Shown: positions 1-13,800 of the stretch, in pieces
Position numbering within the stretch: the first letter of the stretch is position 1
Layout: each line of letters starts with the position of its first letter
Assembly (NCBI RefSeq): GCF_964204645.1
Contig: NC_134034.1
Location: forward strand, 1,674,072-1,738,071
Origin: Tubulanus polymorphus
Lineage: Eukaryota; Animalia; Nemertea
Reading direction: 5' to 3'
Length of the DNA stretch: 64,000 bases
The notes under the pieces: model-generated
Told to the model about the DNA's origin: nothing
Database searches by the model: none
Seen by the model: the letters and a program-made list of their open reading frames with translations, nothing else
Program-made: the position numbers and the translations under genes

Positions 1-88
1 AATCCCCCTAATGAGATCATCAAAGGAGATGACTCCCCCGATAAATTCCCCCTATGACGTCATCATCGAATCCTCGATTTTCCTACAG

Positions 89-3000
89 ATGTAAAGATTT
101 GAAATACAAAGAGATTTTACCGGAAGCGAGTGTCATCGTATGTTTCCACAACGAGGCTTGGTCGGTACTTTTGCGCACGGTACATAGCGTAATCGATAGG
201 TCCCCGGATGTTCTGCTTAAAGAAGTTCTTCTTATCGACGATTATTCAGATTTAGGTAAGTTCTCTCAGTCGTCGATAGATGGCAGCCATGTAGCGTCGC
301 TTGCTTAACGATTTAACGTATTTGGGTAATTTCTAGATCATTTGAAAGCGCCATTGGACGATTATATGGCTAATTTGCATAAAGTGAGGATCGTGCGGGC
401 AAAACGGCGAGAAGGTTTGATCAGGGCTCGTCTGCTAGGCGCGTCAGAGGCAAAGGGTACCGTCCTGGTATATTTAGATTCTCACTGCGAGTGTTCTCGA
501 GGTAAGGCAGGAACTTTCTTTTAACCCTTTGTATTAGCGTCGCAAAGTTTGGAATATTTGTGTGTGGGCGTGGAACACCGAGAGCTTATAGACCTTCGCT
601 TCACAGTACGCTTGGAAGTCCAAGGATAACGTTTTTTTTTTAAATTTTGATTCAATCGATAGGTTGGTTGGAGCCACTTCTGGACCGAATCGCGGACAAC
701 AAAACGCACGTTGTCACCCCGGTTATCGATCAGATTTCCAGCGAAGATCTACACTATATGGCGGCCTCGGTGAAAGCGGTCGGAGGCTTCCATTTGACGA
801 AACTATCGTTCGATTGGACGTCAATACAGTCGAACGAACGCGTCCGACTTCAGAATCTTCCATCGACAACACCAATCAGGTATGAATTGCGAAACGTTTC
901 CTTAAACAAATTAATGTCGCCTAATGATAGATTTATTTATAACACCATCCATGGGATCAATGGCCGGGTACTCAAAGATTGGAAAGAGTTAACTGGTGGA
1001 TAACAGTACGGTTGCTTAAATTGCCAAATTCAATTGTTACAAGGGCATGACTCCTGTTGTACCTCAGGAGAATAAATCTATATCTTATAGTTATAGTATC
1101 CTATCTTATGACTAAGATTCTCAAATCCCAGTATATTGGGTTGAGGTATTTGATGACTCACGAGTCCTCGGTAGTATAGTGGTGAGTATCCGCGCCTGTC
1201 ACGTGCGAGACCCGGGTACGATTCCCGGCCGGGGAGATTACTTTTTATAGCAGGTACGTGTACAGTTAGTTATATATCGATTGTTTTCTTTTTCAGATCG
1301 CCGACCATGGCTGGTGGACTGTTCGCCATCAGCAGAGAATATTTCCAATATTTAGGTACATATGACCCCGGAATGGATATCTGGGGCGGGGAAAACTTAG
1401 AAATATCCTTTAAAGTAAGTGACACTTTCTAGTTTATCTTCTGAAATCATATACTCTTTTTAATTTCAACACGTTTGACCCTTCAGTTCAAATGTAAACC
1501 TCTGATTTTTGTAAGGTATTGTAAATTCAGCCCATCTAATGGAAATCCATCTTGTAATTTTAACAGTTCTGCACACGTGAACTTCTTCAATGTTGAATTA
1601 ATTTCTACCCTTTGAATGTGAATCTAATCTTGTGATTTTAGCTTTCGAACGTGAATCCCTATGATCTATGATTGGTTGATTATATTTTGCCACTTCTAAC
1701 CCTTTGAATTCGAATCCATATATTTCGCTCATGATGACTTGTAATTTAAACTTTTGAATGCTAATCCCTGTAAACATATAATTTAATCTATAAGATCTTG
1801 CTATCTGCGTATGTATATATGTTCCAGATCTGGATGTGTGGAGGCAGTCTAGAGATCGTGCCTTGCTCGCGAGTCGGGCACATCTTCCGAAAACGCATCC
1901 CGTATTCGTGGGGTAAGGGCGGCAGCGTCGTACAACGAAACACTGTCCGTCTGGCCGAAGTCTGGATGGACGACTATAAGAAATTCTACTACGAAAGAAT
2001 AAACAATAATCCGGTAACGATAACGATGATAAGATTATGATTGTAGTAAATGGTATAAGGTTAACATCTATCTAGTCAAACTCGCGTAAGTCCTCGCGTT
2101 ACAAGTCTCAAGTCGCCTGTGGTCGTATAAATTCTAAGATCCCACCACACCCCCACACCCCCTCAATTCAAAATGTCTCGGAAATCTGTTTCTAAGGAAG
2201 AGTTGGTAAATCGTATATAAATACCCAAGACGCACTTAAAAGATTTGATTTCCCAATCCCATTTTCTTAAGTAAATCTATAGTGGACGAATAGGACGAAT
2301 ATAGGGCCCTGAAATCTAACATGTTCAGATTTGGATTTAACATCCTAAAGGTTTGTTCAACTTGAAAACAAAACCTTTCATTTGTTGCCCTAGGGCCCAG
2401 TGGCACAGTCCTGACTTAACCCAGTGGTCATAAACCTTAAAACTTATTCTTAAGGTGTAAGATTGGCTTTATAGTTTAAGTTGACTTGAGTTGCCTATGG
2501 TATTATTAAGTCGAAACCATGATTGCGCAACTGACCTCTGGTTCTACAAAGTAATTTCTTCGTAACTCAATTCTAGGGCGAATTCGGGGATGTCTCCGAC
2601 CGGAAGGAACTGAGATCGCGACTAAAATGCCAATCGTTCGACTGGTACGTGAAGAACATCTATCCGGACATTTTCATACCGAGCGCCTCGATCGCATCCG
2701 GCGAGGTAAGATGACGTCATCGCAATGATTAATGACGTCATCAATTTGCGTGAGATTATTTTGTTTTTTATGTGATTATTTTCAGATCAGAAATAAAGCT
2801 GCCGATATGTGCGTCGACGCCTTGACCGAGTCGGTTACGATGGAGCATTCTCCCGTGAAAATGTGGCCGTGTCACAACCAGGGTGGAAATCAGGTAATTC
2901 ATACTTAATCCACCAGATGGCGTATAATTTTTTTTGCGTCGACCAAAAAACGGGATCCGGTTTAATTTTCTTTTGAAAATTGCTGATTTGTAAAGCTATT

Positions 3001-3751
3001 TGACTAAGTCGACGATCCAATGAAACTAGGCTACATTAGTCCCTGTATTATTTTCTGTACTCGTGTTTGAACACAATTAAGTTTTTGTTTTACTCTTTGT
3101 TTTAATGTAGTTTTGGTTGCTGTCGAAGAACGGTGAAATTCGTCGTGATGAAAAGTGCGTCGACCTGTCGGAGAAAGGATTACTCATTTTCATTTGTCAC
3201 GGAACTAAAGGCAACCAGGAATGGAATTACAGACAGGTTGTTCGCTATATACCAACAACTATCGAGTTGGACCAGAATAAACTAAATATGGCCTTTCAAA
3301 GTCACTTCTGTGTGAACTGGGCCCAAATGAGCCAAAAACTAGACAGAAACTAACCCTGTCTTATCTAAGTTCATTTCTATTGAACTAGACCAAAATGAGC
3401 CAAGTCCGATTATTCAAGTCGCAAACGTGAAACTGGGGCCCTTGGTCTAAATTCAAATGTCAAAATGTATATTAACCAAAATGAGCTAATCCCAGTCCCA
3501 GTCTTATCGTTCGAGTTTGACAGGGAAACCAGGGGCTTGGTTATTCAACTTCGAGTCATCGTATCTATGGGAAACAAAAGTTTCTTTTTTTCAATATCTT
3601 TCAGGATCAAAGGCTGGAACACGTCGCGACTGGTAAATGTCTGGAGATGGGCGACGATAAAAACGTTTTACTAGCGAACAAGTGTGACGAATCGAACGAT
3701 CGTCAGGTCTGGTTCTGGAAGCGAAAAACACCTGAATCAAATTCACGATGA
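89..3751 (+). CDS. GALNT: Polypeptide N-acetylgalactosaminyltransferase (GT27; GALNT1/13/pgant5-like), 5'-partial, 9 exons in window
   Basis: Exons 89-255, 337-501, 663-879, 1297-1414, 1828-2013, 2577-2705, 2786-2893, 3111-3236, 3605-3751(TGA); all GT-AG and in phase. Motifs: [33 protein letters not shown], DxH (LDSHCEC), [31 protein letters not shown], and a C-terminal ricin-B lectin ([18 protein letters not shown]). AATAAA at about 3773. Confidence 0.96.
1165..1236 (+). tRNA. trnD-GUC: tRNA-Asp(GUC), intronic in GALNT, T-loop variant (GTAC instead of GTTC); possibly non-functional
   Basis: 72 nt, identical to the four intact copies except GGTACGA for GGTTCGA in the B-box/T-loop; T5 terminator at 1242-1246. 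Confidence 0.85.
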
Positions 3752-4205
3752 AAATAATGGTTTTGAAGATTTAATAAATTCTCGTTTTTTAACTAATAGA
3801 ATATAAGATGATGATCAAAGTTTTATGTTTCGTTTGGTATATGACTCTTGTCTCTTGCGCTAAAGTTGAGGACCACCACGCTTCCGGCAACAGTTCGAAA
3901 TCGCCGCCAAGCCAAGTAGACCAATTTAATTCAATAACTTTATTGTTCCTCGAAGTTACAGAATAGCATCGTTAGAGGAAAGAATGGTAAAACAATGTAC
4001 AATTAGACAAACAAACAAAAACATACAAAGAACACAAATAAACGAACACTAAAAGACCATTGACTGTCGCAGCGGCGTCGTATTACTGTTAACTGAGGAA
4101 TTCGAGTCCGCCTAGACGATTACCTCAGCTGTGAGAGTCGACTGATGCGCACGCGTCCGCCATCTATGAACAGGTTTATTATCATCGCGTTTATTTGTTT
4201 ACAAT

Positions 4206-7200
4206 ATGGCGGCCGCCAGCGATCAACAACAACAATCGTTGATTTTGGCCGATTTACAGCAGCAATTACGCACAGCTCGTGCGCCCGTGACGCTCTCAAC
4301 TCTCGCTCAAATCGGAGACGAAAAGGTAGACGAAGTTCCGAGCTAAATTTCGCAATTTTCGGCCGTTGAATTTCTCGCTAATCGCTAGAAATACGAGAAA
4401 TCAATTAAATTGAATTTTATTGTTGTCATTTAATATTATTACTAATGATTAAATGATATTGTTTTCTGCGGCTGATCGTTAGTTGGTGAGTTTAAGATAG
4501 TTTGAATCGGGTTTTTTGAGGGGATGTGAAACCATTTCAATGCCGAGGAGGAAGGAGGCGCATCAGCAATTGGTGGAGCTATTTTATCGAGACTCTTCTG
4601 CGAAGCCTTAATCTTGCCCCCATCACTCACCCCATTCGTCCTCTCCTTCGTCTCTCTGCCCTCCCTCGCCTTCTCTTCCATTCCCTGTCCTCTCTCCTTC
4701 CGGGCTAGCATCCAAATTATTCTGAATTATTGCCCCTGGGTTAGTCTACGGATATTAGTCATTCTTAGTCTAGTTCCTAGCCGCCGTTCCACAAACAAGT
4801 ATGTGTAGGGAACCCGTAACAACGACTGGTATTCAGACTATAGACATTCTATAACCAGGTTCCCCTACATAGAGGGTTGTTCGGGGAACGACAGCCAGAT
4901 ACTAGGACTGCCCCCCTAGGGTCAGTTGAATAAAATCAATGATCTAGAGGTGATTGATTGATTGTTTGTTTGTTTATAGTTAGTGGAGAAATTCCTCACA
5001 GAGAATATCAACATAAAAGGCAATGGACCGCACGCCTTACAGAGTCAACTTTATTTAGGTATGTAAATCTATACGCAGCAATCATTTATTTCATCCAGTT
5101 TTCAGATTTTTACAATGAATTGATTTAACTGCGTTAAATCTTGTAATCAGATAATTTTTATAACTGCCGGGTCTGGTATTGTCAGCTTGATCATGATTCA
5201 GAAAAAGTAATGTACATGGTAGAGATAGGCGGCCGGGTGAACTTTAGAGATCAGCAAAAATCAGTAACAAGGTATCAATTTAGCCTAAACTTAATTATTC
5301 TTATTGTTCATCTTTATTTTCAGCAAGCTTTTGGGGTTTCAAGGACATTGTTAAATCTTTGATCAATTTAGGCGCTGGTAAGTTTGTCTTCAACCGCCAC
5401 TTTCATCCGTCATTTCTTGAAAATCCGTCCGGTCATGACCTAACGGGTACCCGCAGTGCGTGCCACCGCGGCAATCGAGGATCCACCAGGTGTCGCTAGT
5501 ATATAGTTGGTCTACCGCGTTTGATTTCTTCGACATTTCAATTAAAACTGAATGAACTTTTCTCTTAAATGAATTAGTTATTTATGAATGCTATACTGAT
5601 ATCCGAGTAGAAGAATGAAAGTACAAATTTCTCATCATTTTCTCATTACCTATGAAAAGTATTTGGTGGAATGTTTACATTGTAGATTTTGTGCTGTAGG
5701 CCGATAAGAAAAAATATGAAATGTGAAACACATTTTTAGCCCATTCACGAGTCATTTAGACAAGGTCGTTGCTGTATATATGTTCACCAGGGTCCAGTTT
5801 CACGAAAAAGTTTAAGCCTAAAACGGTTAAGTTTGAATTGTTGTCCTCATTGAAAACATGAAGTAACCAATGGCAATTACACCAAAAATTTGGGTTTAAC
5901 TTTTTCGTGAAACCGGGCCCAGGGCGGGTTGAAAACTTAAGCATTTCAATCAACTTCCCTAGCAGGTCTTCTAGTTTATTCTTGTTTTGTAGATGTAAAC
6001 AAACAGAATAACGGTTCTGGATGGACCCCGCTTCATGCAGCTACATTTCAAGAATGCGGACCAGTAAGTTATCATCATCAAGGGGTTGATGGTTTGATTT
6101 GGCTCTAAATTCAGTTGTAAGTTCTGGATGATTCATGCGTTTGTTACGAGACGAGAAGATACACAATATCCGTGTAAGAAGATAACAAGAGAAATCCCAC
6201 AATAAGTTCAGCCAAAACGAGAAACTTGAATAGAAGAGTTATATATATATTTGCGCAACGTTTCGGCTAAAGACTATTAGCCATCATCAGGCGTACTCAA
6301 AGCCATCATCAGGCGTACTACCAGTACGCCTGATGATGGCTAATAGTCTTTAGCCGAAACGTTGCGCAAATATATATAACTCTTCTATTCAAGTTTCTCG
6401 TTTTGGCTGAACTTATTGTGGGATTTCTCTTGTTATGCGTATGTTATTTTTCTATACTGACTATAGGTTGTTATGTTGTTGATACAAAATGGAGCTGACC
6501 CGGAAATCCCTGATGAGTTAGGCCGGTGCGTTAAAAAAAGAAATAAAATTTTTTTTTCTAAAAAATATGTGATTAGTAAGAATCATTTCAAACACCATTC
6601 TATGCTCTGGCGATCTTGAAACGGTCCCCATGTAAATCTGTGATCTAACGATTTTGAAACGGTCCCCACCCACGTTAATTCAATGATCCAACAATTTTGA
6701 AACAGCCCCTATATAAATTCAATGATCCAACAATTTTGATATGGTCCCTAAGTAAATTCTATGATCTTGTAATTTTGAAACGGCCCCCACCTACATTCTA
6801 TCATCCAACCATTTTGAAACGGTCCCTATGTAAATTCTGATTATGATCTGTTTCGTAATTTAAGGACGCCGAAAGATTTCGCTTCAGCCTCGGAGAAAAT
6901 CTGGATGCATTTCGCGGCGTTACGACTGAAACGCACGTCAAAAATACAACTAGTCCACCTCGGCGTTCTGAGACAGGTGATGTTCGCTTTCAGGGTCTAG
7001 AATCATCAGCGCGTGGAAATTCCTTTTTTTTCGATTGATTTTGTTCATGGTTTTATGTTTTTCAGGGAGCTTCCCTCGATTCGAGGCCTTCTTCTCGAAT
7101 AGCATCGGCAAACTTGAACAACTTCGGAATTGTAAGTAGTCGGACGAATTCTGATTTGAGTTTTTCAGTAGAATTATTTTTTCAGTTAAAAATCGATAGA

Positions 7201-7378
7201 TGTTAACTGTATATTTCTATTTCAGGCATTTGAGTCGTCGTCACTACAGAACGAGTGTCTGACGTCATCTGCCGCTGCTGTTAATGGTGACGTTTTAGCA
7301 GACGATCAAAACAGACAACAACAACAGAAACAGACGACACCTGAATCTCAACAACCGAACTTTTCTCTATGGAAATAG
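4206..7378 (+). CDS. Small ankyrin-repeat protein (about 237 aa), 8 exons
   Basis: Exons 4206-4325, 4980-5058, 5324-5377, 5993-6063, 6467-6525, 6865-6976, 7066-7131, 7226-7378(TAG); total 714 nt, in frame. Ankyrin consensus: LYLASFWGFKDIVKSLINLGADVNKQNNGSGWTPLHAATFQECGPVVMLLIQNGADPEIPDELGRTPKDFA. Confidence 0.9.
5791..5919. mobile_element. MITE, PIF/Harbinger-like
   Basis: TIRs GGTCCAGTTTCACGAAAAAGTT / AACTTTTTCGTGAAACCGGGCC, flanked by a 3-bp CAG duplication. Confidence 0.75.
6254..6293 (-). ncRNA. Minimal type I hammerhead ribozyme motif (mirror copy)
   Basis: Exact reverse complement of 6327-6366, in the left arm of the inverted repeat. Confidence 0.72.
6327..6366 (+). ncRNA. Minimal type I hammerhead ribozyme motif (PLE type)
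   Basis: CGC-CTGATGA-T-GGCTAA-TAGTCT-TTAGCC-GAAAC-GTT-GCG: intact core, 6-bp stem II, palindromic ACGT stem III, 3-bp stem I. Confidence 0.75.
6615..6835. repeat. Intronic minisatellite, about 40-bp unit
   Basis: About 6 diverged copies of TTTTGAAACGGTCCC(C/T)ATGTAAATTCTATGATCCAACAA. Confidence 0.8.
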
Positions 7379-7833
7379 AGAAGTTTATCGGGGTCTATTG
7401 TGGAACCAAGTTCAATGCAAATCACATTTCTTGGTTGTCAAAACTAAGGTCAACTTCGTTCACATCTTTGTGCGGACTTCTCCAAAAACTGTTGGACTTG
7501 GGACCTCTTCGCAGGATTCTGTGTGCAGTATCGTTGCGATATATCCTAGGTCGTATTCCCGACCCTGATCTCACGGCATATTTCAGAAGATGATTCTATC
7601 GAATAGTTGACCTAGTTTCCACCCAGCTGACCTAGTTTCCGTCCACAATCAAGTAGAAAACGCTAAGTTGTATTTCAGATATATGTGTATATTAAACATT
7701 GTTAGATGTATATATTATTTATTGTGTAGAAAGTTTGTGAATATGATTTAAAAACTGTACAAATAGACGCTTCATAAAACGATAAAGAATTGTCATTTTT
7801 TTTCGGAAGGTAATGGAAATAATGCTTGAAGGT

Positions 7834-10800
7834 TTAATGTTGAAATGCGATGGTATTCGAGTTTTCGATGGTCGGGTTGACGAAACGCGTCCAGTTAAAT
7901 AGACTTTTACCAGTAGTCCTGAAAATAAACGGAGATTTTATAAAAGATGAGGCTTCGAAATCTGCAGCTTTGATCGGTCCGTATCACCGTCAGCCTGGAT
8001 CCTGTACCCCCATAAGCCTGGACCCTGTACCCTCTAGCTTAGACTCTGTACTTCTCTTAGGCTGGACCCTGTACCCTCATCAGCCTGTAGCCAGTACCCC
8101 CATAAGCCTGGACCGTGTACCCCTCCAGACTGGAGCCACTCGCAGCCCTGTACCCCTCCTAGACTTCAGCTGCTGCTGATTGATACACGGAGATGATTGC
8201 TCGTAGAATATGCATTAAAACACTCAGACCCTCGGGAAGACGTCGACAATACAAAGGGTATTTCGAACAACAAATTGTAGGAAAGAAGATGAGGTCAACT
8301 CTTACTTGCTGTAAATAACGCTTATGATAAAAGCCAAGACAACTACTCCTAACAACAAACCAAACACAAGCGCCATGGAGTTTACTTTACTGCCTCCTGC
8401 AGCGCCGAGAGGTGAGGTTATCGGTTTCGTCTGCTTGGCCATGATGGGAGCAGTCGCGGTCTGGTAGACCCACCGACCTACCTGGAAAGCAATGTACAAA
8501 AATACAGCGAGAACTAATTAAGGTCCTAGATTAGTTCGAGCCTGGAGTGAGTTTTCGAAGTGATATCGGTTCAATGAATGGGAATTGTTTTACCGAGAAA
8601 GTCAGGAAACAGATACCGGTATCCGCTATCGGCCGAAACCAAATCAGGATGATTTCAAATACTTACCCCGCCTCTCTCCTCATAAACTCGTACCCACGCT
8701 ACGTAAACCTCCCCCTTTTCCAATGGACTGTTCCAAAATCCACCGTAGTTTTTACCGTCGCCGACTACGAACACGTCCGGTAGAGGGGGTGATAGCTGGC
8801 CGGCCACGTATTCGCTCAGACCTCGTTTTTTGGCCTCTTCGTACGGCCAGATAACCCGATCGACGCTAGGGGGCCTCTGACGCCGTCTGCGACCCAACTG
8901 TTCATCCTTCCTTACCACTATTTGACACAAACTGGCAAGAAGAAAATGAAATTCGCCGATTCGATGCAATCAACAAATACGACAAACTCCATAAATCTCC
9001 CTTTAACATCTAATTATATCAACTAGTGATTTGATCTACAGAATCTCCTATAGAAAAAATGGCTTCGTCCATATATCCCCCTATGACATCATCAAATAAC
9101 ATACTAGTGATCTGATCAATAGACATTCCAGAAAAGATGGCTGTCTCCATAAATGTCCCTATGACGTCAATAGATTACCTGATTATTTGGTTTATAGACA
9201 CTTCCAGTTAGGATTTATACCTCGATGATGAATCCCCCTTTAACATCATCGAATATCATTATTTTCAATCAAACCCCCTTGGCTATATATCACCACAATG
9301 CGGGCTTATTGTGAACCTCTATTCTCTCTTGTCATAACGTACTTGTACTTTTTCGATAATTTCATTTGTTTAAGAAATATTTCAATCTTCGAATCGTCTG
9401 TGGCTTGTGATTTTATTTCCGGTAGTGGGCTGGCCGTCGGCTCACTTGTATCATTTCCTGGAAAGAAAGAACAATAATTTAATAACAATAACAATTAGAT
9501 ATTCATATACATCCATATTCCACAGTAAAAATTCAATTCTTGAGTAAGTCGGGATTCGAACCCATAACCTTGCGGATTGCCGTCGTCTACCAGGGTTAAC
9601 TTTAATAAAAAGGGCGCCGTAGTTGAAGGCCAAGTTTTAAAAAGGGCACCTTTTTACTTTTGCCCTTAAATGGGTTGGTTTACTGGTACCTGCTGTTTGA
9701 AAGCGTAGATAAGCAGGCGGACTCAATCCTTTTAACGTGGCAGCGAATAAAGAACAGTTGTACCAGGAGCTCGGCGTCAAGTGATAAATCCAAATAAAAT
9801 GGTGACTGTGACCCGGATAGATCGAATATCGTCTGATTGCACCACGCTCGCGCCCTCTATCGCATTCTAGCTGAAATATATAATGGATGTACGACGTTTG
9901 ACACACTTCGAACGAATGTTTCGAAATCTGAGTCTGGAATTATTCATCTACAGTTTACAGGGGTGGGTCTAGAGGCTAAGCTTTTCGAAGACTTCTCACA
10001 TCCAAAAAGGCAATATTACGTGTAGCTCCGCGCAGAGGGGCCAATTTTGAAGAACTCGCCACGTCCCAAAGGCAAATTATAAATAAAGCATGGTACTAAA
10101 GAATTTGATGGACTTGTACAAGTTTCATAAGTCCCCCTATAGATCCGTCAGTGATATGCATTACAGTTAGTTTATCCTTGAAGCCAGGTGTTGTTTGACT
10201 TGGCTCTTACTCGCTTACCCGGTACATTGTGATCTCAAACGGATCGATACCTGACGGTGCATTCCACGATAATTTCACCCATTTATCGGAAATATCCGAC
10301 ACGTTGAAATTCTCCGGGTTTTTCGGTTTGAACGTATCTACGAAAACAACGAGAGCAAAATAGATAGAAAGTTTTTCAGGCGACACCGAAAAAGCGCAGG
10401 TATAAATCACTATGCAGCCGTTTGAAGTTTACCAAGTGAGACGTTTTAATGGGAAAAAAAGAACTACAAACACCAGACATAAGAAATTTCATCAGCAGCA
10501 AACTTTCAAAAACTGATCGCCCACAATTCACATTTCTAATTGGAAACGAACTACACGTACCAGACGTAGGCCCTATACATAAGCCATTTAATCAACACAT
10601 TTAAGGGAATATGCTCGTCTCCAGTGAGGCTTGTGTTGAGTGGGCGATTTTCCGACTGCACAGGAATGCCTTGAGGGGGTGGTTCCAGGCTGCACAGATT
10701 GATACCCGCATTACCGTTAAATCGCGATCTTCACGTGAAAGGCAGTAACAAATATCATTGATTATCTCGATCTCCGCGTGATAGACGGGGATAAAGTGAA

Positions 10801-13800
10801 AATACCTTTAAATATCCCAGTAGCGTACACCTCACACATAGTTAACGCATCTCCGTTGTTCGGTTTAGATACTATAATATATCTACCGGTTATCGGGGCC
10901 GGAGAACAGGAAAACAATTTCATCTCTCCTCGTCCCATTTGACTCCTCTGCGACGCGCAGACGGTCGCGTTATCGTCCGCCGAACTCAAACTGTCGGCCG
11001 TTTCGTTCATTATCCGAATCGTGAACTTTCTTAACCTGTAATCTACAAATATGAAAACCATATTTCAACATTGGCGAATAGACAGAATTCGACGAAGGCG
11101 TTGCTTGGAGATGGGGAGAAACCCCTTCGGAGATTCGATACTTCTGTTTATTCTTCCAACATTTTATCTTCACACTTCACATCAGATATTAGACATTTTA
11201 TCAGCACACTTTCAAAAACTGATCATCCACACTTCACACATGTGTTCAGTGCTTCACCTGAGACATTTTTAATTGAAAATGAAATACAAACACCAGGCAT
11301 TAAACATTTTATCAGCACACTTTCAAAAACTGATCGTCCACACTTCACATGTGTTCAGTGCTTCACCTGAGACATTTTCAATTGAAAATGAACTACAAAC
11401 ACCAGACATTAAACATTTTATCAGCACACTTTCAAAAACTGATCGTCCACACTTCACATGTGTTCAGTGCTTCACCTGAGACATTTTCAATTGAAAATGA
11501 ACTACAAACACCAGACATTAAACATTTTATCAGCACACTTTCAAAAGCTGATCGTACGATATTTATTGGCTTTGAAAAAAATGTTTGACGTATACAACAG
11601 TTATTCAGACGTAAAAGTTATCCAGTAGCTCGCTGATATTGCGCAATTCCAGGTTGCGAGTTAGATTTTGACTTAGGCAAATGTTGATGATAAAGGATTT
11701 GGCGAGTATACAAGCTTACCACAGCAATCGCCCCGATTTACCAAGGTCACCGATGACACCTCGTACAAGTCTTCAAGGTCGACCATCCACCATTGCACAT
11801 TGTCAAGACCGCCTGGTTGTTGGTCGGCCGTGTGAGTGCACGAATCGGCCCTGTAGTTCGAATCCGGATTTCCGTCATTCCCGTGAATTGCGATTCCTGA
11901 TTGCTTGTATAAACTACTCTGAGACGAGGGCTTACCGACTAGTGATAACTCATGGTAGGTTGTATTAACTAAATGTGTATAGAAATTACGATTGAAAAGA
12001 ACATTTTCACGACGTTTCTACCCCCTCAATCCCACTCATCAAGAGCATTATTAGCAGGTTCCGCGTTTCTCGTTCGCCTCAACCTCTCAATGCTATTCAG
12101 GGCCCGGTTTTATATACCGGTATAACCTTTAGCCCCGAAACTAACTCAATTGAAAATAACTTAAGTTAGCCCCCTGGTTAAAGGTAATACCAGTCTATAA
12201 AACCAGCCCCAGGGTATTATCATCGGGCTCGTGGTTTCACTTCCCCAATTACCCACTCGCAGTCTATGTGACTTCGAGATAGCTTTAGATTTGAAAATGC
12301 ATTTCAGAAATTCTTGCAACGGTTTTGTAACCAGTATGGCCCAACTGCAGAAGAAACGTGGTACGGATTTACGTGTTATTACCTATGGTTCTAAAATAAA
12401 CTGCGCAGTGAAATATATAGTTTATATTAAATTCTAACGACAGCAGATTGAAAGACAAGATAAATAGCCCAGGTATTACGGGAGGGATTTATATTTCTGA
12501 CGGTCAATCGGTCAATTCATAATTTCGTTCATTTACTTACAAGGATGTTGACCTCTTATTTGTACTTCGCAAATCGTCAAGGCTTCGCCGTTCGCCGGTT
12601 TGGTCAGTATGACGTAACGCCCTGTGATCGTCGGTTTACACTGGATGCGCGTCTTACCGCGCGGTAAACTGGACTCCCGCGTGGCGCAGATTTCACTAGC
12701 ATCGACATCCGTCAGACTGAACGTTTTAGAGACAGGTTGTTGACTGACGATTACCGTTAAGTTCTTCAAGCGATCTTCTGCGAACGTTACACGAGAAAAA
12801 ACAACAGATTTTTAACAAATCTTAAACTACACGAAATATCAACATTGATTTTGGTTTGGCTAACATTGATTGTATAAGATATCTCATTAAATCAATGGGA
12901 GCAAATCCAGATTCAATGGCAACCAATGAGATAAATCTTCAAGGCAGCATTTGAGGATCTGTGAGATAGCTAAAAAGCAATGGCGGCAGAACCAGAACTT
13001 CGAGATAGAGTAGACATCACAATACCATTGATTCTAGTTCGGCCAACATTGATTTTATAAGATATCTCATTAAATCAATGGAGACAAATCAAGAATCAAT
13101 GGTAGAACAGATCCGGAACATTGAGATATATCTTCCAGGCAATACTTGCGGCTCCAGAAGAACGAAATATCTCAGCATCAATGATCGCGGAATTAGAACG
13201 AGTTATAGTAGACCCTGAAGTTAACCCTCGAGTTGATTACCCCAGCATATAACGTGGCCCGGACTCCGATTGCATCTGATTCTAATTCATCATTAAATGA
13301 CTGAAAAGATGGCTGCCTCCATAAAAATTCCCCTATGACATCACCCGATTGTCTAAGAAAGCACCAACTTTCACAGTAGTTCTAAACGGTCGACTTCATC
13401 CTGAAGAGTCAACAGCCTCTGATTATCGAGTGCCCGACAATGACAGGTTTTCATACCGCGAGTCATCGTGATAATGACCCATCCTCGATTGTCCCGTAAC
13501 CTCCGAGAGAATTTATCACGGTACCTCGAGATCCGTGTATTGTGTTCGCCATTATCACCTACTTACCGCAGCAATCGACCCTGTTGACGATCCTAATTTC
13601 GTAGATATCGTACTCGGCCAGTAGATCTACCATCCACCACAGAGGTCTATCAGCCGATACTGTAGGGTTAGTATGGGTACAGCTGGATCTCCAGTACTGA
13701 CCGGCTTCGTTACCGTCATTACCGTGAGAGGCTCGACCCATCGAGTTCACCGTACTGCTCTGCGCTGAAGGATGACCCACGATCGAAATGCTTCTAACTC

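Larger units (their letters stand above)
6147..6434. mobile_element. Non-autonomous Penelope-like (PLE) palindromic insertion in an ankyrin-gene intron
   Basis: About 114-bp near-perfect inverted repeat (6182-6297 vs 6323-6436), each arm carrying a hammerhead motif; 12-bp TSD ATGCGT(T/A)TGTTA at 6135-6146 and 6435-6446. Confidence 0.8.

Noticed and set aside
7850-8179. 109-aa plus-strand ORF
   Set aside because: Antisense to the receptor's last exon and running through a ~22-bp intronic tandem repeat.
12005-12046. Minus-strand TTGATGA...GAAACGTCGTG hammerhead-like remnant
   Set aside because: The core C is missing and stem II cannot pair; at most a decayed PLE fragment.
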